From positions 3,160 to 67,159 of the forward strand of contig CAYPBU010000002.1 in NCBI GenBank assembly GCA_964409045.1: a stretch of DNA of 64,000 nt. Direction: 5' to 3'. Source of the stretch: an uncultured Anaerolineaceae bacterium (GTDB lineage Bacteria; Chloroflexota; Anaerolineae; Anaerolineales; Anaerolineaceae). Position 1 is the first letter of the stretch, and each line of letters opens with the position of its first letter. Of the stretch, positions 46,403 to 56,504 are shown one piece after another. Below the pieces are notes generated by a model. It saw only the letters and a program-made list of their open reading frames with translations, was not told the DNA's origin and ran no database searches. Position numbers and translations under genes: made by a program.

Positions 46403-48972
46403 AAAAACTTCTTGGTCACTTCAGTAGCCAATACATAAAAAGCCGTCAACCCTAACAATGCCAACATGAGCGGTGCTGGCAACGGAACAAAACCAAACAC
46501 CGAAATGAATGGCAGATAGGGCAGCACAAGGGTGATCCCAATGAAGATCAGGGTAATGACCAACAAAAGCGTACCTGGGCGGCTTCGGAAGAAGACATGG
46601 CGCGTGCGCACTACCAACGCAATGACCAACTCTGTAAGCAAGGACTCGATGAACCAGCCAGTACGGAACTCCTCCGGTGAGGCCCGAAACAGAATCAGCA
46701 GTGTTCCAAAGGTCAGGAAGTCAAAGATCGAACTGACAATCCCAAAAAGCACCATGTAGTTGCGGATAAACTTGGTGTTCCAGCGTTGCGGCTTCGCGAC
46801 CATTTCTGCATCCACGTTGTCGCTGGCAATCGTTATCCCCGGGATATCGGACAGAAAGTTATTTAGCAGAATTTGCGGAGCAAGCAGCGGTAGAAATGGC
46901 AGAAACAAAGATGCTCCAGCCATGCTAAACATGTTGCCAAAATTGGCACTAATGGTGGTGAGGATGTACTTGAGCGTATTGGCGAAGGTTTTGCGACCCT
47001 CATCAATACCCTGGCGCAAGATCCCCAAATCCTTTTTCAGCAGAACAAAACCAGCAGCATCTTTGGCTACATCCACCGCTGTATCCACTGATATCCCCAC
47101 GTCTGCCGAGTGCAAAGCTGGCGCGTCGTTAATGCCGTCCCCCATATAGCCAACTACATGATTTGTTTTTTGCAGAGCAAGGATGATGCGCTCCTTTTGG
47201 TTGGGGTCCACCTCCGCGAAGAGGGTTGTGCGTTCGGCAAGGTGCCAGAGTGCCTCATCGTTAAGGGAGTTCAAGTCACTTCCGGTCAGAACACCCTCAA
47301 TAGGCAGATTTACTGCATTCGCAACATGGCGCGCAACTTTCTGATTATCACCTGTGATGATCTTCAATTGGACGCCGCGTTGCGCCAAGTCGACAATTAC
47401 CTGTTGCACATCTGCTTTGGGTGGATCAAAAAAGAGTAGGAAACCGGCGAAAATGAGTTCACTTTCACTCTTGGAGGAATACGACTCAGGCTGGCTCTCA
47501 ATTGGTTTTGTAGCTACACCTAGCACGCGGAAGCCTTTATCACTCCATTCGCTATACTGATTTTCAATCTCTGCCATGGCTGTAGAGTCCAATAAATGGA
47601 CCTCCTCGCCGGTTTGTAGCCTTGTGCAGACACTTAGAATATTTACCAAGGCACCTTTTGTGATGAGGGTGCGCTGACCCTGCGCGTTAGCAACTACTAT
47701 GCTCAGACGCTTGCGAATGAAGTCGTAAGGAATTTCATCGACTTTTTCGTCAGTACTTATATCCAGTTTTGCTTCTTGGGCAGATAATTGAATCGCCTCA
47801 TCCAATGAATTGTTCAGCCCGGTTTGGTAGTGAGCATTAAGATAGGCATAACGCAAGACGTCTTCAGAGGGCTGCCCCTGTGTATTGAGTGCGCCATCCA
47901 GACGAACGACTCCTTCTGTCAGTGTTCCGGTTTTGTCGGTGCAGAGCACGTCCATACTGCCAAAGTTTTCAATAGATGTCAGGCGACGCACAATCACACC
48001 GCGTTTAGCCATTTTCTGTGCACCTTGGGCGAGCGTGATGCTGATAATGGCGGGTAGAAGTTCAGGAGTCAGGCCTACTGCCAGCGCAAGTGCAAAGAGC
48101 AGCGTGTCTATTACCGGTTTGGCGAGAAAAATGTTGATTGCTATAACGATGACAACCATTACCAGCATAACCTGGGTGAGCAGGTTGCCAAACCGGCGGA
48201 TGCCGCGTTCGAATTCTGTCTCTGGTGAACTTAATCTGAGACGTTCCGCCACCTGACCAAACAATGTTGATTTCCCTGTCTGTGCAACCAATACCTGTGC
48301 GGTTCCACTGCTGACACTGGTCCCTCTAAAAACGCAGTTGATACGTTCTGAAAGGCTTGCATTATCGGGGACACTTGTTGGTTTCTTCTCTACCGGGAAG
48401 GTTTCACCCGTCAGCACAGCCTGATTTACAAAAAAATCATTGGCTTCCAACACAACACCGTCAGCTGGAACCAAACTGCCCGCAGAAAGCGCCACAATAT
48501 CACCTGGCACCACTTGCTCTGAAGGCAGCATCGAAAACTGCCCGTCACGCAAAATGTCTGATTTTAGAAGAACTTGTTGCCGTAGTTTTTCAACCGCATT
48601 ACTGGCGCTGTACTCCTGAGCAAAACCCAAAACAGTGCTGCCAAGGATTATTACAAGCACAATACTGGCATCAACCCACTCTCCGACAATTCCAGAAATA
48701 ATAGCTGCGAAAATTAGGATGAGAACCAGGGGACTCTTAAACTGACTCAGCAACAGGCGAAAAGCGGTTGCTTGTTGCCGTGCGTCAATGTCATTTCCTC
48801 CGTATTGCTTCAGCCGTTGTTCAGCATCCGTTGTTGTTAGGCCGTTACTAGATGTGCTCAAGTTATAAAAAAGTTGTTCGGGAGTTTTGCTCCAATAAGA
48901 GAATTTATCCACGCCGGAGGTTTTTTCCTCCGCTTCGGGTACGCTTGCCGAAAGATTACGATCTATTGTCAT
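46372..48972 (-). CDS. mgtA: Mg2+-importing P-type ATPase
   Basis: The motifs are 'CTDKTGTLT', 'MGDGINDAPAL', 'TGDN' and 'NFGNMFSMAGASLFLPFLPLLAPQILLNNFLSD', the last typical of MgtA/MgtB. 866 aa. Confidence 0.9.
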   Translation of the reverse strand: MTIDRNLSASVPEAEEKTSGVDKFSYWSKTPEQLFYNLSTSSNGLTTTDAEQRLKQYGGNDIDARQQATAFRLLLSQFKSPLVLILIFAAIISGIVGEWVDASIVLVIILGSTVLGFAQEYSASNAVEKLRQQVLLKSDILRDGQFSMLPSEQVVPGDIVALSAGSLVPADGVVLEANDFFVNQAVLTGETFPVEKKPTSVPDNASLSERINCVFRGTSVSSGTAQVLVAQTGKSTLFGQVAERLRLSSPETEFERGIRRFGNLLTQVMLVMVVIVIAINIFLAKPVIDTLLFALALAVGLTPELLPAIISITLAQGAQKMAKRGVIVRRLTSIENFGSMDVLCTDKTGTLTEGVVRLDGALNTQGQPSEDVLRYAYLNAHYQTGLNNSLDEAIQLSAQEAKLDISTDEKVDEIPYDFIRKRLSIVVANAQGQRTLITKGALVNILSVCTRLQTGEEVHLLDSTAMAEIENQYSEWSDKGFRVLGVATKPIESQPESYSSKSESELIFAGFLLFFDPPKADVQQVIVDLAQRGVQLKIITGDNQKVARHVANAVNLPIEGVLTGSDLNSLNDEALWHLAERTTLFAEVDPNQKERIILALQKTNHVVGYMGDGINDAPALHSADVGISVDTAVDVAKDAAGFVLLKKDLGILRQGIDEGRKTFANTLKYILTTISANFGNMFSMAGASLFLPFLPLLAPQILLNNFLSDIPGITIASDNVDAEMVAKPQRWNTKFIRNYMVLFGIVSSIFDFLTFGTLLILFRASPEEFRTGWFIESLLTELVIALVVRTRHVFFRSRPGTLLLVITLIFIGITLVLPYLPFISVFGFVPLPAPLMLALLGLTAFYVLATEVTKKFFYSRLTTKVA

Positions 48973-49142
48973 ATCACATCTCCAGGCTCAATTCTTATCT
49001 ACTTATTCCCGGCATTAGGTGCTCACCGACAAAGAAAAGCTCTATGGCTTGGTTTGCAGCTGTCTGAGCATCAAGTACCATCAATGATTATTCAACTGGC
49101 TCTTGCTGATGATCATATGGCCATCAGTTTTGTCCAGATTTG

Positions 49143-49317
49143 AAATCGATTGTATTTGTCATCCGGTCGTAGAATTCCTAAATTAAAGCCCGGCGAATGA
49201 ACCTGTCGCTCGCTTATTCCGTCGCCTTAGGTATTAATTCCCACAGTCGGATTAATGAACGCAAATCCGACACCCTTACATCAGTAGGAGCCCTGCCAAC
49301 TGAACATATCGATTTTC
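49143..49317 (-). promoter_or_regulatory. Probable M-box (Mg2+) riboswitch in the mgtA leader
   Basis: The minus strand reads 'GUUGGCAGGGCUCCU', 'CCUAAGGCGAC' and 'UUUAGGAAUUCUACGA'. These resemble the conserved M-box blocks 'GUUAGGUGAGGCUCCU', 'AUAAGGUGA' and 'CUAAAGCUCUACGA'. The helix AAAUCGAU (49315-49308) / AUCGAUUU (49150-49143) could close the domain. Confidence 0.45.
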
Positions 49318-49359
49318 TGACTGGGTAAAAGGCGCATACTTCTTCCGCCCTGAGTTTTA

Positions 49360-49405
49360 ACAAAAAAACACCCCCTCGATGGGTCAGAGCCCATCGAGGA
49401 GGTGT
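49360..49405 (-). terminator. Rho-independent terminator after the NCS2 permease gene
   Basis: A 16-position stem with one mismatch (49368-49383 / 49390-49405) has a 6-nt loop. AAAAAAA on the plus strand (49362-49368) gives a U-tract on the minus-strand transcript. Confidence 0.8.
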
Positions 49406-49426
49406 AGTTTACTCAATGCAGTCTGT

Positions 49427-50809
49427 TTACAGTTCTGCAGCCAGATCTTTTTTACTGCCAATATTCAGCAGAGCGTTTAGAACGATACCGAAGAGCGCAG
49501 CTGTAGCAAGCGCAGGCAACTTCATTCCGAAGAATGGGATCATGCCGCCAAAAACTGACTGACCTCCTAGACCGATCACCATAATTGTTGCAATGACAGC
49601 GATATTCTTGGCACTGAACATGTCGACCTTCTTGTCGATCATGATGGCGATACCTTGGGCAGCAATGGCTCCGAACAAGTAGATTTCCAAACCGCCGATA
49701 ACACTCAAGGGAATCGCATAAATTCCGTTGACAAGTGGGGTGAAACACGCGATAATCATCGCGATAATCGCTGCGGCTATCAGCACTGGTACAGAGAACA
49801 CGCGTGTGATCGCCATGGCGCTGATGTTTTCACCATAGTTGGTTCCAGCAGGACCACCCATCGCGCCTGCGACAATGTCTCCAAGACCGTCACCGATCAA
49901 GTTGTCGCCAAGCCGATTTGCGAGGTCATATTGCTTCTTGCTGCCGAGTTTCTTCGCCAGATCATTTACGTACACATCCAGCTGGAAAATATGTGCGGTT
50001 GATTCTGGAATGGTGGCAAGCGCAACAGGCATAATCGCTAATGCAGCAAGCCAACTCACTTTAGGTAAGGTAAAGTGAGGTATAGCAAACAAGGTAGTTG
50101 TTGCTAACGGGCTTTCCCTAAAGAGGTTCTCACCGCCGAATAACAAAATCGCACCGGCGACAAGGACACCAACAAGCATACCAAGCATTAGCGGAAGTTG
50201 AGACAGGAAACCTTTCAGATATACGGAAAACAGAATTGTGGCAATTAGAGTAGCAATCGAGACGATCCATGCAAGATTGTTAACATTCTCCGCCACCTCA
50301 GGAAATCTGGGCCAAAAAGCAGCATCACCCATGGCGTTGCCAGCCAGGCTAAGTCCAATGATCATAGCAATTGGACCAGTAATTGTTGGAGGAAGAATTT
50401 TCTCAATTGCAGCTCGACCGACCTTCTTTACGATAATGCCTGCCAAAATTGAAACAAGACCAGACATCACGATACCGAAGGTCACAATTGCGATTTTGTC
50501 ATCTGGAAGGATGCTGACACTATTTAGGTAGTCAGTGGTGAGCAAGCCCATAATGGCACCAAGATACGAGAAACTGGAGCCATAATACAGGGGGATTTTG
50601 CCTTTGGTAACCAGGATGAAACAGAGTGTCGCGAAACCGCTGGCAAAGATGGTGGTCGAGATGTGGAATTTGGTGATTAGAGCTACTGTAATCGTAGCAG
50701 GGAACATAACAATGACCTGCTGGATGGCGTAGAGTAACAACTTCCAGAATGGGGGTGTCTCGTCGGGAAGGTAACCTACGGTACTATCTGATTTAGTGAA
50801 CCACTTCAT
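49427..50809 (-). CDS. NCS2-family nucleobase (uracil/xanthine-type) permease
   Basis: Multi-TM, with 'QQVIVMFPATITVALIT' and 'GENISAMAITRV' typical of Xan_ur_permease. I prefer the ATG at 50809, preceded by AAGGAGAAAG. Confidence 0.85.
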   Translation of the reverse strand: MKWFTKSDSTVGYLPDETPPFWKLLLYAIQQVIVMFPATITVALITKFHISTTIFASGFATLCFILVTKGKIPLYYGSSFSYLGAIMGLLTTDYLNSVSILPDDKIAIVTFGIVMSGLVSILAGIIVKKVGRAAIEKILPPTITGPIAMIIGLSLAGNAMGDAAFWPRFPEVAENVNNLAWIVSIATLIATILFSVYLKGFLSQLPLMLGMLVGVLVAGAILLFGGENLFRESPLATTTLFAIPHFTLPKVSWLAALAIMPVALATIPESTAHIFQLDVYVNDLAKKLGSKKQYDLANRLGDNLIGDGLGDIVAGAMGGPAGTNYGENISAMAITRVFSVPVLIAAAIIAMIIACFTPLVNGIYAIPLSVIGGLEIYLFGAIAAQGIAIMIDKKVDMFSAKNIAVIATIMVIGLGGQSVFGGMIPFFGMKLPALATAALFGIVLNALLNIGSKKDLAAEL

Positions 50810-50976
50810 ACTTTCTCCTTTATATCTATTAATAATATGAATATTCAACTGTCAATCGATCTACCTGAAACTATATTCTATGGTCACCTCTCCTTTCTTC
50901 CCAATGCCTTGCGCTTATTAAGCGCAAGGCATTACCATGGGCTTTCAGGTGTTATCTTATTTTTCGCATTTTTGAC

Positions 50977-53388
50977 TCAATGACGACCAGGAAGACAGTC
51001 GACATCAGTGCAAAGAATTGACTTCTTTCCGCTCTCGATGCCCAACACAATAGCTTCGGGTGAGAGGGGCAGAACGTGGAAGTTGATCCCAATAGCGTCA
51101 TAGACTGCGTTGCCTATTGCTGAGGGGATGGAGATCATCGGGTGCTCTCCTACACCACGAGCGCCATAAGGTCCATTTCGCTGGGGATTCTCGATGTAGA
51201 TGGGAACGATTTCCCCGGGCATGTCTTTCATGGTTGGGATCTTGTTATCTGTAAAGGAAGGATTCATCAGCTTGACATCATTGCTGAATTTATAGCCTTC
51301 CAAAATCGCAGAACCCAAACCTTGCATGACACCGCCGCAGATCTGACCATACACCAGTTTTTCGTTGATCACCTGACCAATATCAAAGGCAGATGCCACT
51401 TTGAGTACTTCGATGTTGCCCGTTTCTACATCCACTTCAATTTCCACAGCGTGTGCGCCGAAAGTCCAGACCAGTGCAGGGGCACCCTGACCAGTCTCGG
51501 GGTGCAGATTGGACAAGCCGTCGGCAATATAGGTGCCGGTCGCCATCAAGGGACCGCCGATGCTCGTTCCTCCAGGATACATGTAGCCAAGAGCGATCTG
51601 TTTGTAAGTTAATTTTCGCTCAGGATTATGGATGTGGTAAATCTCGCCGTTGGCATGAGCCAGGTATTCAGGCTCGGTTTTCAGCACCTGTGCGGCGACT
51701 TCTTTCATTTTCCGAAGCAACTCACGGCTGGCATTAATCACTGCGTTTCCACCCATGAAGGTCAGCTTGGATGCCACGGTGTTCCAGTCATACGGATTAG
51801 CCCGGGTGTCGATGTCCGTCATGATGTCGACGTGTTCGATCGGAAGATCCAATTCCTGGGCTGCGATTTGAGCCATAGCCGTGTTGGCGCCCTGACCGAT
51901 ATCCACGCCGCCGATCATCATTCGCACACGCCCATCGCCATTCATTTGAATGATGGCTGATGAGGCAGTGTTCGCGGGCATGGCTGGGGCTTTCTGCAAA
52001 ACGGCAAAACCTTTGCCGCGCACCTTACCGGTTTTCCACTCGCGCTGACGTTCTTCTTCGGATTTGCGACCTGTCCAGCCGATTTCTTTCACTACCGCGG
52101 TCAAACAATCCCTGACGCTACCGGTGCTTTCAGTCACCAACTCGCCACTAATGGTATGGCTGCCAGGCTCAAGCAAATTCATCATGCGGAATTCGTAAGG
52201 ATCGATCCCAAGTTGTTGCGAAAGAATGTCGATCTGGCGTTCGATAGACCAGTGTGTTTCCAGGTGACCAAAACCGCGGTAAGCCGTGCTGAACACCTTG
52301 TTGGTATAAATTGTTTTCGAGTCAATGCTGGCGTTGTCAACCGCGTAGGGTCCCAGACCCGAATAGACTGCGGTTTTTCCAACGTTGACACCATAGTCAG
52401 CATAAGCACCGCTGTCCCAGTCATAAACAGCCTGTACCGCGTTAATCTTGCCGTCCAGGTTTACACCGGTCTTGATCCGACCGCGCATGCCTGCGCGGGT
52501 TGGTAGTTGGTTAAATTCCTGTTCGCGCGTGGCACGCACCTTCACCGCACGCCCACCAGCTGCTTTTGAAAGCAACGCCGCGAGCGGCTCAAGGTGGATA
52601 CCAGCTTTGCCGCCAAACCCACCGCCAACGTAGGGGATGTGCACTTCAACATCCGATTCAGAGATGCGGAAGCTGTCTGCCATGATCTGGCGAATGGCAA
52701 AGGGAGATTGGGCGGATGACCAGATGCGGATCTTGTTTGAATAGGGATCAGCCTGTACGATTGCCACATGGGTTTCCATTGGAACGTGAGCAACGGCTGG
52801 CAGTGAGAATTCGTTTTCCACCACCATATCCGACTCAGTGAAAGCCTTATCCAGGTCGCCTTTCCGGCTCTTGTTCCAGCTGGCGATATTGGAGTCTTTT
52901 TGGGGGAAGAAGACGCCCACATAGTGCTTCAGTTCGTTGATGTCGTCATGCACCAAGACTTTGGCTTCGAGGGCTTCGTCCACGTCGTGCACGGGAGTCA
53001 ACGGCTCATAAACCACGTCCAGCAGCGCGATAGCGCGTTCGGCGGTTTCTTCGTCGTCAGCGGCAACAGCAGCAACCACATCACCGTGGTAGCGAGTTTC
53101 GCCCTTGGCAAGCACACGTTTGTCTTGCATGTAAAGACCGACCAGGATGTCTGAGTCCTCACCGGTCAACACAGCCCGGACGCCGGGAAGCGCTTTGGCC
53201 TTGCTGGTGTCGATCGAGACGATTTTCGCGCGAGCGTGCGGGGAGAGCAGGCACCTGGCGTGTAACATACCTGGAAACTCCATGTCATAGGCATAAATCG
53301 CTTGCCCGGTCACTTTTTCCTGGGCGTCTTTGCGGTCATAAGCCTGACCAACCCGCTTGTACTTTGATTGATACTTTTTCTCGTCCAT
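50977..53388 (-). CDS. Xanthine dehydrogenase family molybdopterin-binding large subunit
   Basis: 803 aa, with 'KVTGQAIYAYDMEFPGMLHA', 'GGGFGGK' and 'RGVGEHPM'. It overlaps the small-subunit stop (TAATG). Confidence 0.9.
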   Translation of the reverse strand: MDEKKYQSKYKRVGQAYDRKDAQEKVTGQAIYAYDMEFPGMLHARCLLSPHARAKIVSIDTSKAKALPGVRAVLTGEDSDILVGLYMQDKRVLAKGETRYHGDVVAAVAADDEETAERAIALLDVVYEPLTPVHDVDEALEAKVLVHDDINELKHYVGVFFPQKDSNIASWNKSRKGDLDKAFTESDMVVENEFSLPAVAHVPMETHVAIVQADPYSNKIRIWSSAQSPFAIRQIMADSFRISESDVEVHIPYVGGGFGGKAGIHLEPLAALLSKAAGGRAVKVRATREQEFNQLPTRAGMRGRIKTGVNLDGKINAVQAVYDWDSGAYADYGVNVGKTAVYSGLGPYAVDNASIDSKTIYTNKVFSTAYRGFGHLETHWSIERQIDILSQQLGIDPYEFRMMNLLEPGSHTISGELVTESTGSVRDCLTAVVKEIGWTGRKSEEERQREWKTGKVRGKGFAVLQKAPAMPANTASSAIIQMNGDGRVRMMIGGVDIGQGANTAMAQIAAQELDLPIEHVDIMTDIDTRANPYDWNTVASKLTFMGGNAVINASRELLRKMKEVAAQVLKTEPEYLAHANGEIYHIHNPERKLTYKQIALGYMYPGGTSIGGPLMATGTYIADGLSNLHPETGQGAPALVWTFGAHAVEIEVDVETGNIEVLKVASAFDIGQVINEKLVYGQICGGVMQGLGSAILEGYKFSNDVKLMNPSFTDNKIPTMKDMPGEIVPIYIENPQRNGPYGARGVGEHPMISIPSAIGNAVYDAIGINFHVLPLSPEAIVLGIESGKKSILCTDVDCLPGRH

Positions 53389-53924
53389 TAGCGGCCTGAC
53401 TCCTTTCGTTCACGTTCTGCAGTGCGTTTTACGGCTTGCATAATCGGAATGTACCCAGTACAGCGGCAAAGATTTCCGCTCAGAACTTCAACGATCTCTT
53501 CGTCTGTGGGATTCGGATTGTTATCCAGCAAAGCGCGGGTCGACATCAGGAACCCTGGAGTGCAAAAGCCGCACTGCAGCGCATCCTGGCTGATGAACTC
53601 TTCTTGTAGAATGGAGAGTTTTCCATCTTTTGCCAGACCTTCAACCGTGGTAATCTGAGCGCCTTCGGCTTCGAGTGCCAGAATGATGCATGAGGTCACG
53701 GCTTTGCCGTTCATGATAATGGTGCACGCGCCGCATTCTCCCTCGCCACAGGCTTCTTTCGTGCCAAATAGTTTCAGGTTGTCACGCAGGAAATGCAGCA
53801 GAGTCATGCTTGGGTCAATGTCGCGGACGACCAGTTGACCGTTCACTGTCAGGCTCAGGGTAACTTTACGCTTGCCTGATTCAACATGCTCGGTATACAT
53901 AGAACAATCTTTGTTGTTGTCCAT
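53388..53924 (-). CDS. Xanthine dehydrogenase family [2Fe-2S] small subunit
   Basis: The motifs are 'GTKEACGEGECGACTI' and 'QCGFCTPGF...CRCTGY'. Confidence 0.9.
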   Translation of the reverse strand: MDNNKDCSMYTEHVESGKRKVTLSLTVNGQLVVRDIDPSMTLLHFLRDNLKLFGTKEACGEGECGACTIIMNGKAVTSCIILALEAEGAQITTVEGLAKDGKLSILQEEFISQDALQCGFCTPGFLMSTRALLDNNPNPTDEEIVEVLSGNLCRCTGYIPIMQAVKRTAERERKESGR

Positions 53925-53926
53925 GT

Positions 53927-54778
53927 TTATGCCTCCTTGCCGATAAGAGTAAACAGACCGCGCTTCAGTAACACAGACGCCATTTGGAGGCGGTATTGTG
54001 CCGAAGAACGGACGTCGGTGATCGGGCGAATATGCTCACGGATGGCTTCTGCAGCCCATTCGATGGTTTCTGCGGAGAGCCCACGTGCATTGATCTGATC
54101 TTCGAGAGCAAAAAGCCGTTTGGGAGTGGGAGCAACCGCGCAGATACCGATTGCTACCTTGCCGTCCGGTTTGATGCGGCTGGCAACGCCAACTGTCGCG
54201 AGATCGTGACCGCGCAGCCTTGCCTGGCGGATGTAAATGCTCTTATCGCCCTCTCCGGGTTCGGGCAGTTGCACCGAAACCACTAATTCTCCGTGTTGGA
54301 GAACTGTGCGTTTTACGCCGGTGAAAAACTCGTGGATAGGAACCTGGCGCATGCCCTGGGGACCGGCAATGTTGACCAGCGCGTCGTAGACCAACAAAGC
54401 GGGGGGAAGATCTGCGCCTGGAGAGGCGTTACAGATGTTTCCGACCACTGTCGCGCGGTTGCGCAGTTGGAACGATGCCAGGGATGCTGCTGCCTGGTTC
54501 AGCGCAGGATATTTGGCTTTGACAACTTCGTCGTCGACCACACGGTTGACCACAACAGAAGCGCCGATTGTCAAACCGGAGCCTTCAATGAAACTAAATT
54601 CAGCAGTCTCGGGGAGTGCTTTAATGTCCACAATGTGTTCGGCATTGATCAGATTTCTGCGGAGCAGAATCATCAAATCAGTACCGCCAGCCAGGACAAA
54701 GGAATTCTCTTCCTTCTCGAGATATTGAACTGCTTCATTGAGGTTGTGGGGCTTAAAGTATGTAAACCTACTTATCAT
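53927..54778 (-). CDS. Xanthine dehydrogenase family FAD-binding medium subunit
   Basis: 283 aa, with 'VLAGGTDLMILLR' and 'RNRATVVGNICNASPGADL', typical of CO-DH/XDH FAD subunits. Confidence 0.85.
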   Translation of the reverse strand: MISRFTYFKPHNLNEAVQYLEKEENSFVLAGGTDLMILLRRNLINAEHIVDIKALPETAEFSFIEGSGLTIGASVVVNRVVDDEVVKAKYPALNQAAASLASFQLRNRATVVGNICNASPGADLPPALLVYDALVNIAGPQGMRQVPIHEFFTGVKRTVLQHGELVVSVQLPEPGEGDKSIYIRQARLRGHDLATVGVASRIKPDGKVAIGICAVAPTPKRLFALEDQINARGLSAETIEWAAEAIREHIRPITDVRSSAQYRLQMASVLLKRGLFTLIGKEA

Positions 54779-54976
54779 TAAAAGCCTCCTTTTGTTACCA
54801 TAAAGATATGTTCTTCGCTGCTTGTAGCGTTCTCATTTATGGTTTTTTGCATGAGATATCACTAAATGATATCCGATTTGGACCTAATTGCATCAATTCT
54901 AACATACAGCGATAAGACTCCTGCTTATTAATAGTTACAATTGTTGAGCCTGAATTTTGATTAATTTTGGAAAATA

Positions 54977-56368
54977 TCACAACCAATTACTCTCAATTGG
55001 TGCTTGCCGCTTGGGAAATTGCTGTTCGTAGCGGCTTGAAATCTCAATCAGAGCGCCCTCACTGCCGGGTAGACCAAACAGCTCAAATCCGATGGGCACC
55101 CCCAGGGGAGCGTGTGGCTTGGGGGCGGAGAAGCCGGCAGGCAGGCACACCGAGGGGAATCCAGTGATTGCGGCAAGCGCTCCGTTGCGCTGCACCTGGC
55201 TCTCGCCGACCTTGCAGACCAGTTGCTGCTGGTGGGGGAAGACCAACGCTTCCAACTGAAAACTGGAAAACAGAGACTCAATTTGCTTTTGCAGCAGGAT
55301 GCGCCGCTTTAAGCGTTTGCTGTACTCAGGCGCTGTTATTTCCAGCTGGTTGGCGCACACAAGATTGTCCTTGATGCCTGGATGAAACAAGCCGCTCTTC
55401 AAGATGGCATCGATGTTGGGATAGGGAGCATTTACAGATTTCAGATAGCCGTTGAGGTGGGCTTTGAGATCAAACAAGTGCACACTGATATTTGAAACGA
55501 GTTCGCCAATCAGGACCTGGTCGTCAATTTCAAGAGTCTGACAACCCACTTTTCCCAGTTCTTCAATCACGTTCGCCATTACCCGGTTGGTTTCTTTGTT
55601 CACCCGTTCCGTGCCAAAGAATGATCTGAGCACACCAATCTTTGGTTGGCTCGAGAGCCGAGCATCCTGCACCTCCCGAACCGCAATCACCTTCAAGACA
55701 GTCGCAGCATCTGCGACGCTCCGCGCCATCGGTCCTGCGGTATCCTGGGTAAGGGAATAGGGCACGATCCCATCACTGCTCACCAAGCCAACCGTCGGTC
55801 GGATCCCAACCAAGTTATTAGCGCTGGAGGGAGAGCGGATGGAATTGATTGTGTCGGTTCCAATTCCAACCAAACCAAAATTTGCTGCCAGGGCAGCCCC
55901 AGTGCCACCGCTTGACCCTCCCGGGGTTCGAGTCAGGTCGTAGGGGTTGTAGGTCTGACCTTTGATCGAGCTGATGGATTCGCCCCAGATGGCGAATTCA
56001 TGCAGGTTGGTTTTAGCGAGGATGATGGCGCCGGCGGCCTTCAAACGCCTCACCAGGTCCGCATCTTTACCGGTTGAAAAACCCTCAAGGCTCAAACTGC
56101 CGGCTGTTGTGGGCATTTCCGAGGTTTCGATGTTGTCCTTGACTAATACGGGCACGCCGTGCAGGCTCCCACTCAATTTCCCGGTGGCACGCAGAGCCGC
56201 GTCACATTCCCGCGCCAGCTCTAATGCGGTAGGGTTGACACATATGATGCTGGAAAGGATGCCATCAAAGCGCTGGATTCGATCGAGGTAAAAAGAAACG
56301 AGATCTTCGGTGGTAATCTCGTTTTCAAGCAGAGACTGGTGATATTTTGCGATGTCCAGTTCCAACAT
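54977..56368 (-). CDS. Amidase-signature family amidohydrolase
   Basis: The AS motif is 'GGSSGGTGAALAA', preceded by 'VKDNIETSEMPTTAGS'. 463 aa. Confidence 0.85.
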   Translation of the reverse strand: MLELDIAKYHQSLLENEITTEDLVSFYLDRIQRFDGILSSIICVNPTALELARECDAALRATGKLSGSLHGVPVLVKDNIETSEMPTTAGSLSLEGFSTGKDADLVRRLKAAGAIILAKTNLHEFAIWGESISSIKGQTYNPYDLTRTPGGSSGGTGAALAANFGLVGIGTDTINSIRSPSSANNLVGIRPTVGLVSSDGIVPYSLTQDTAGPMARSVADAATVLKVIAVREVQDARLSSQPKIGVLRSFFGTERVNKETNRVMANVIEELGKVGCQTLEIDDQVLIGELVSNISVHLFDLKAHLNGYLKSVNAPYPNIDAILKSGLFHPGIKDNLVCANQLEITAPEYSKRLKRRILLQKQIESLFSSFQLEALVFPHQQQLVCKVGESQVQRNGALAAITGFPSVCLPAGFSAPKPHAPLGVPIGFELFGLPGSEGALIEISSRYEQQFPKRQAPIESNWL

Positions 56369-56504
56369 GCCTTAATTGTATCCTGAACTACTCTCTCTTT
56401 GTCAAGATTTGCATCAATCATCCCATTGTTGCGTGTGTTGTGATAAATTAACATAACTGAGCCCAAAATAGCTTTTCTATTTGTCTTAATATTACAATGA
56501 AACT

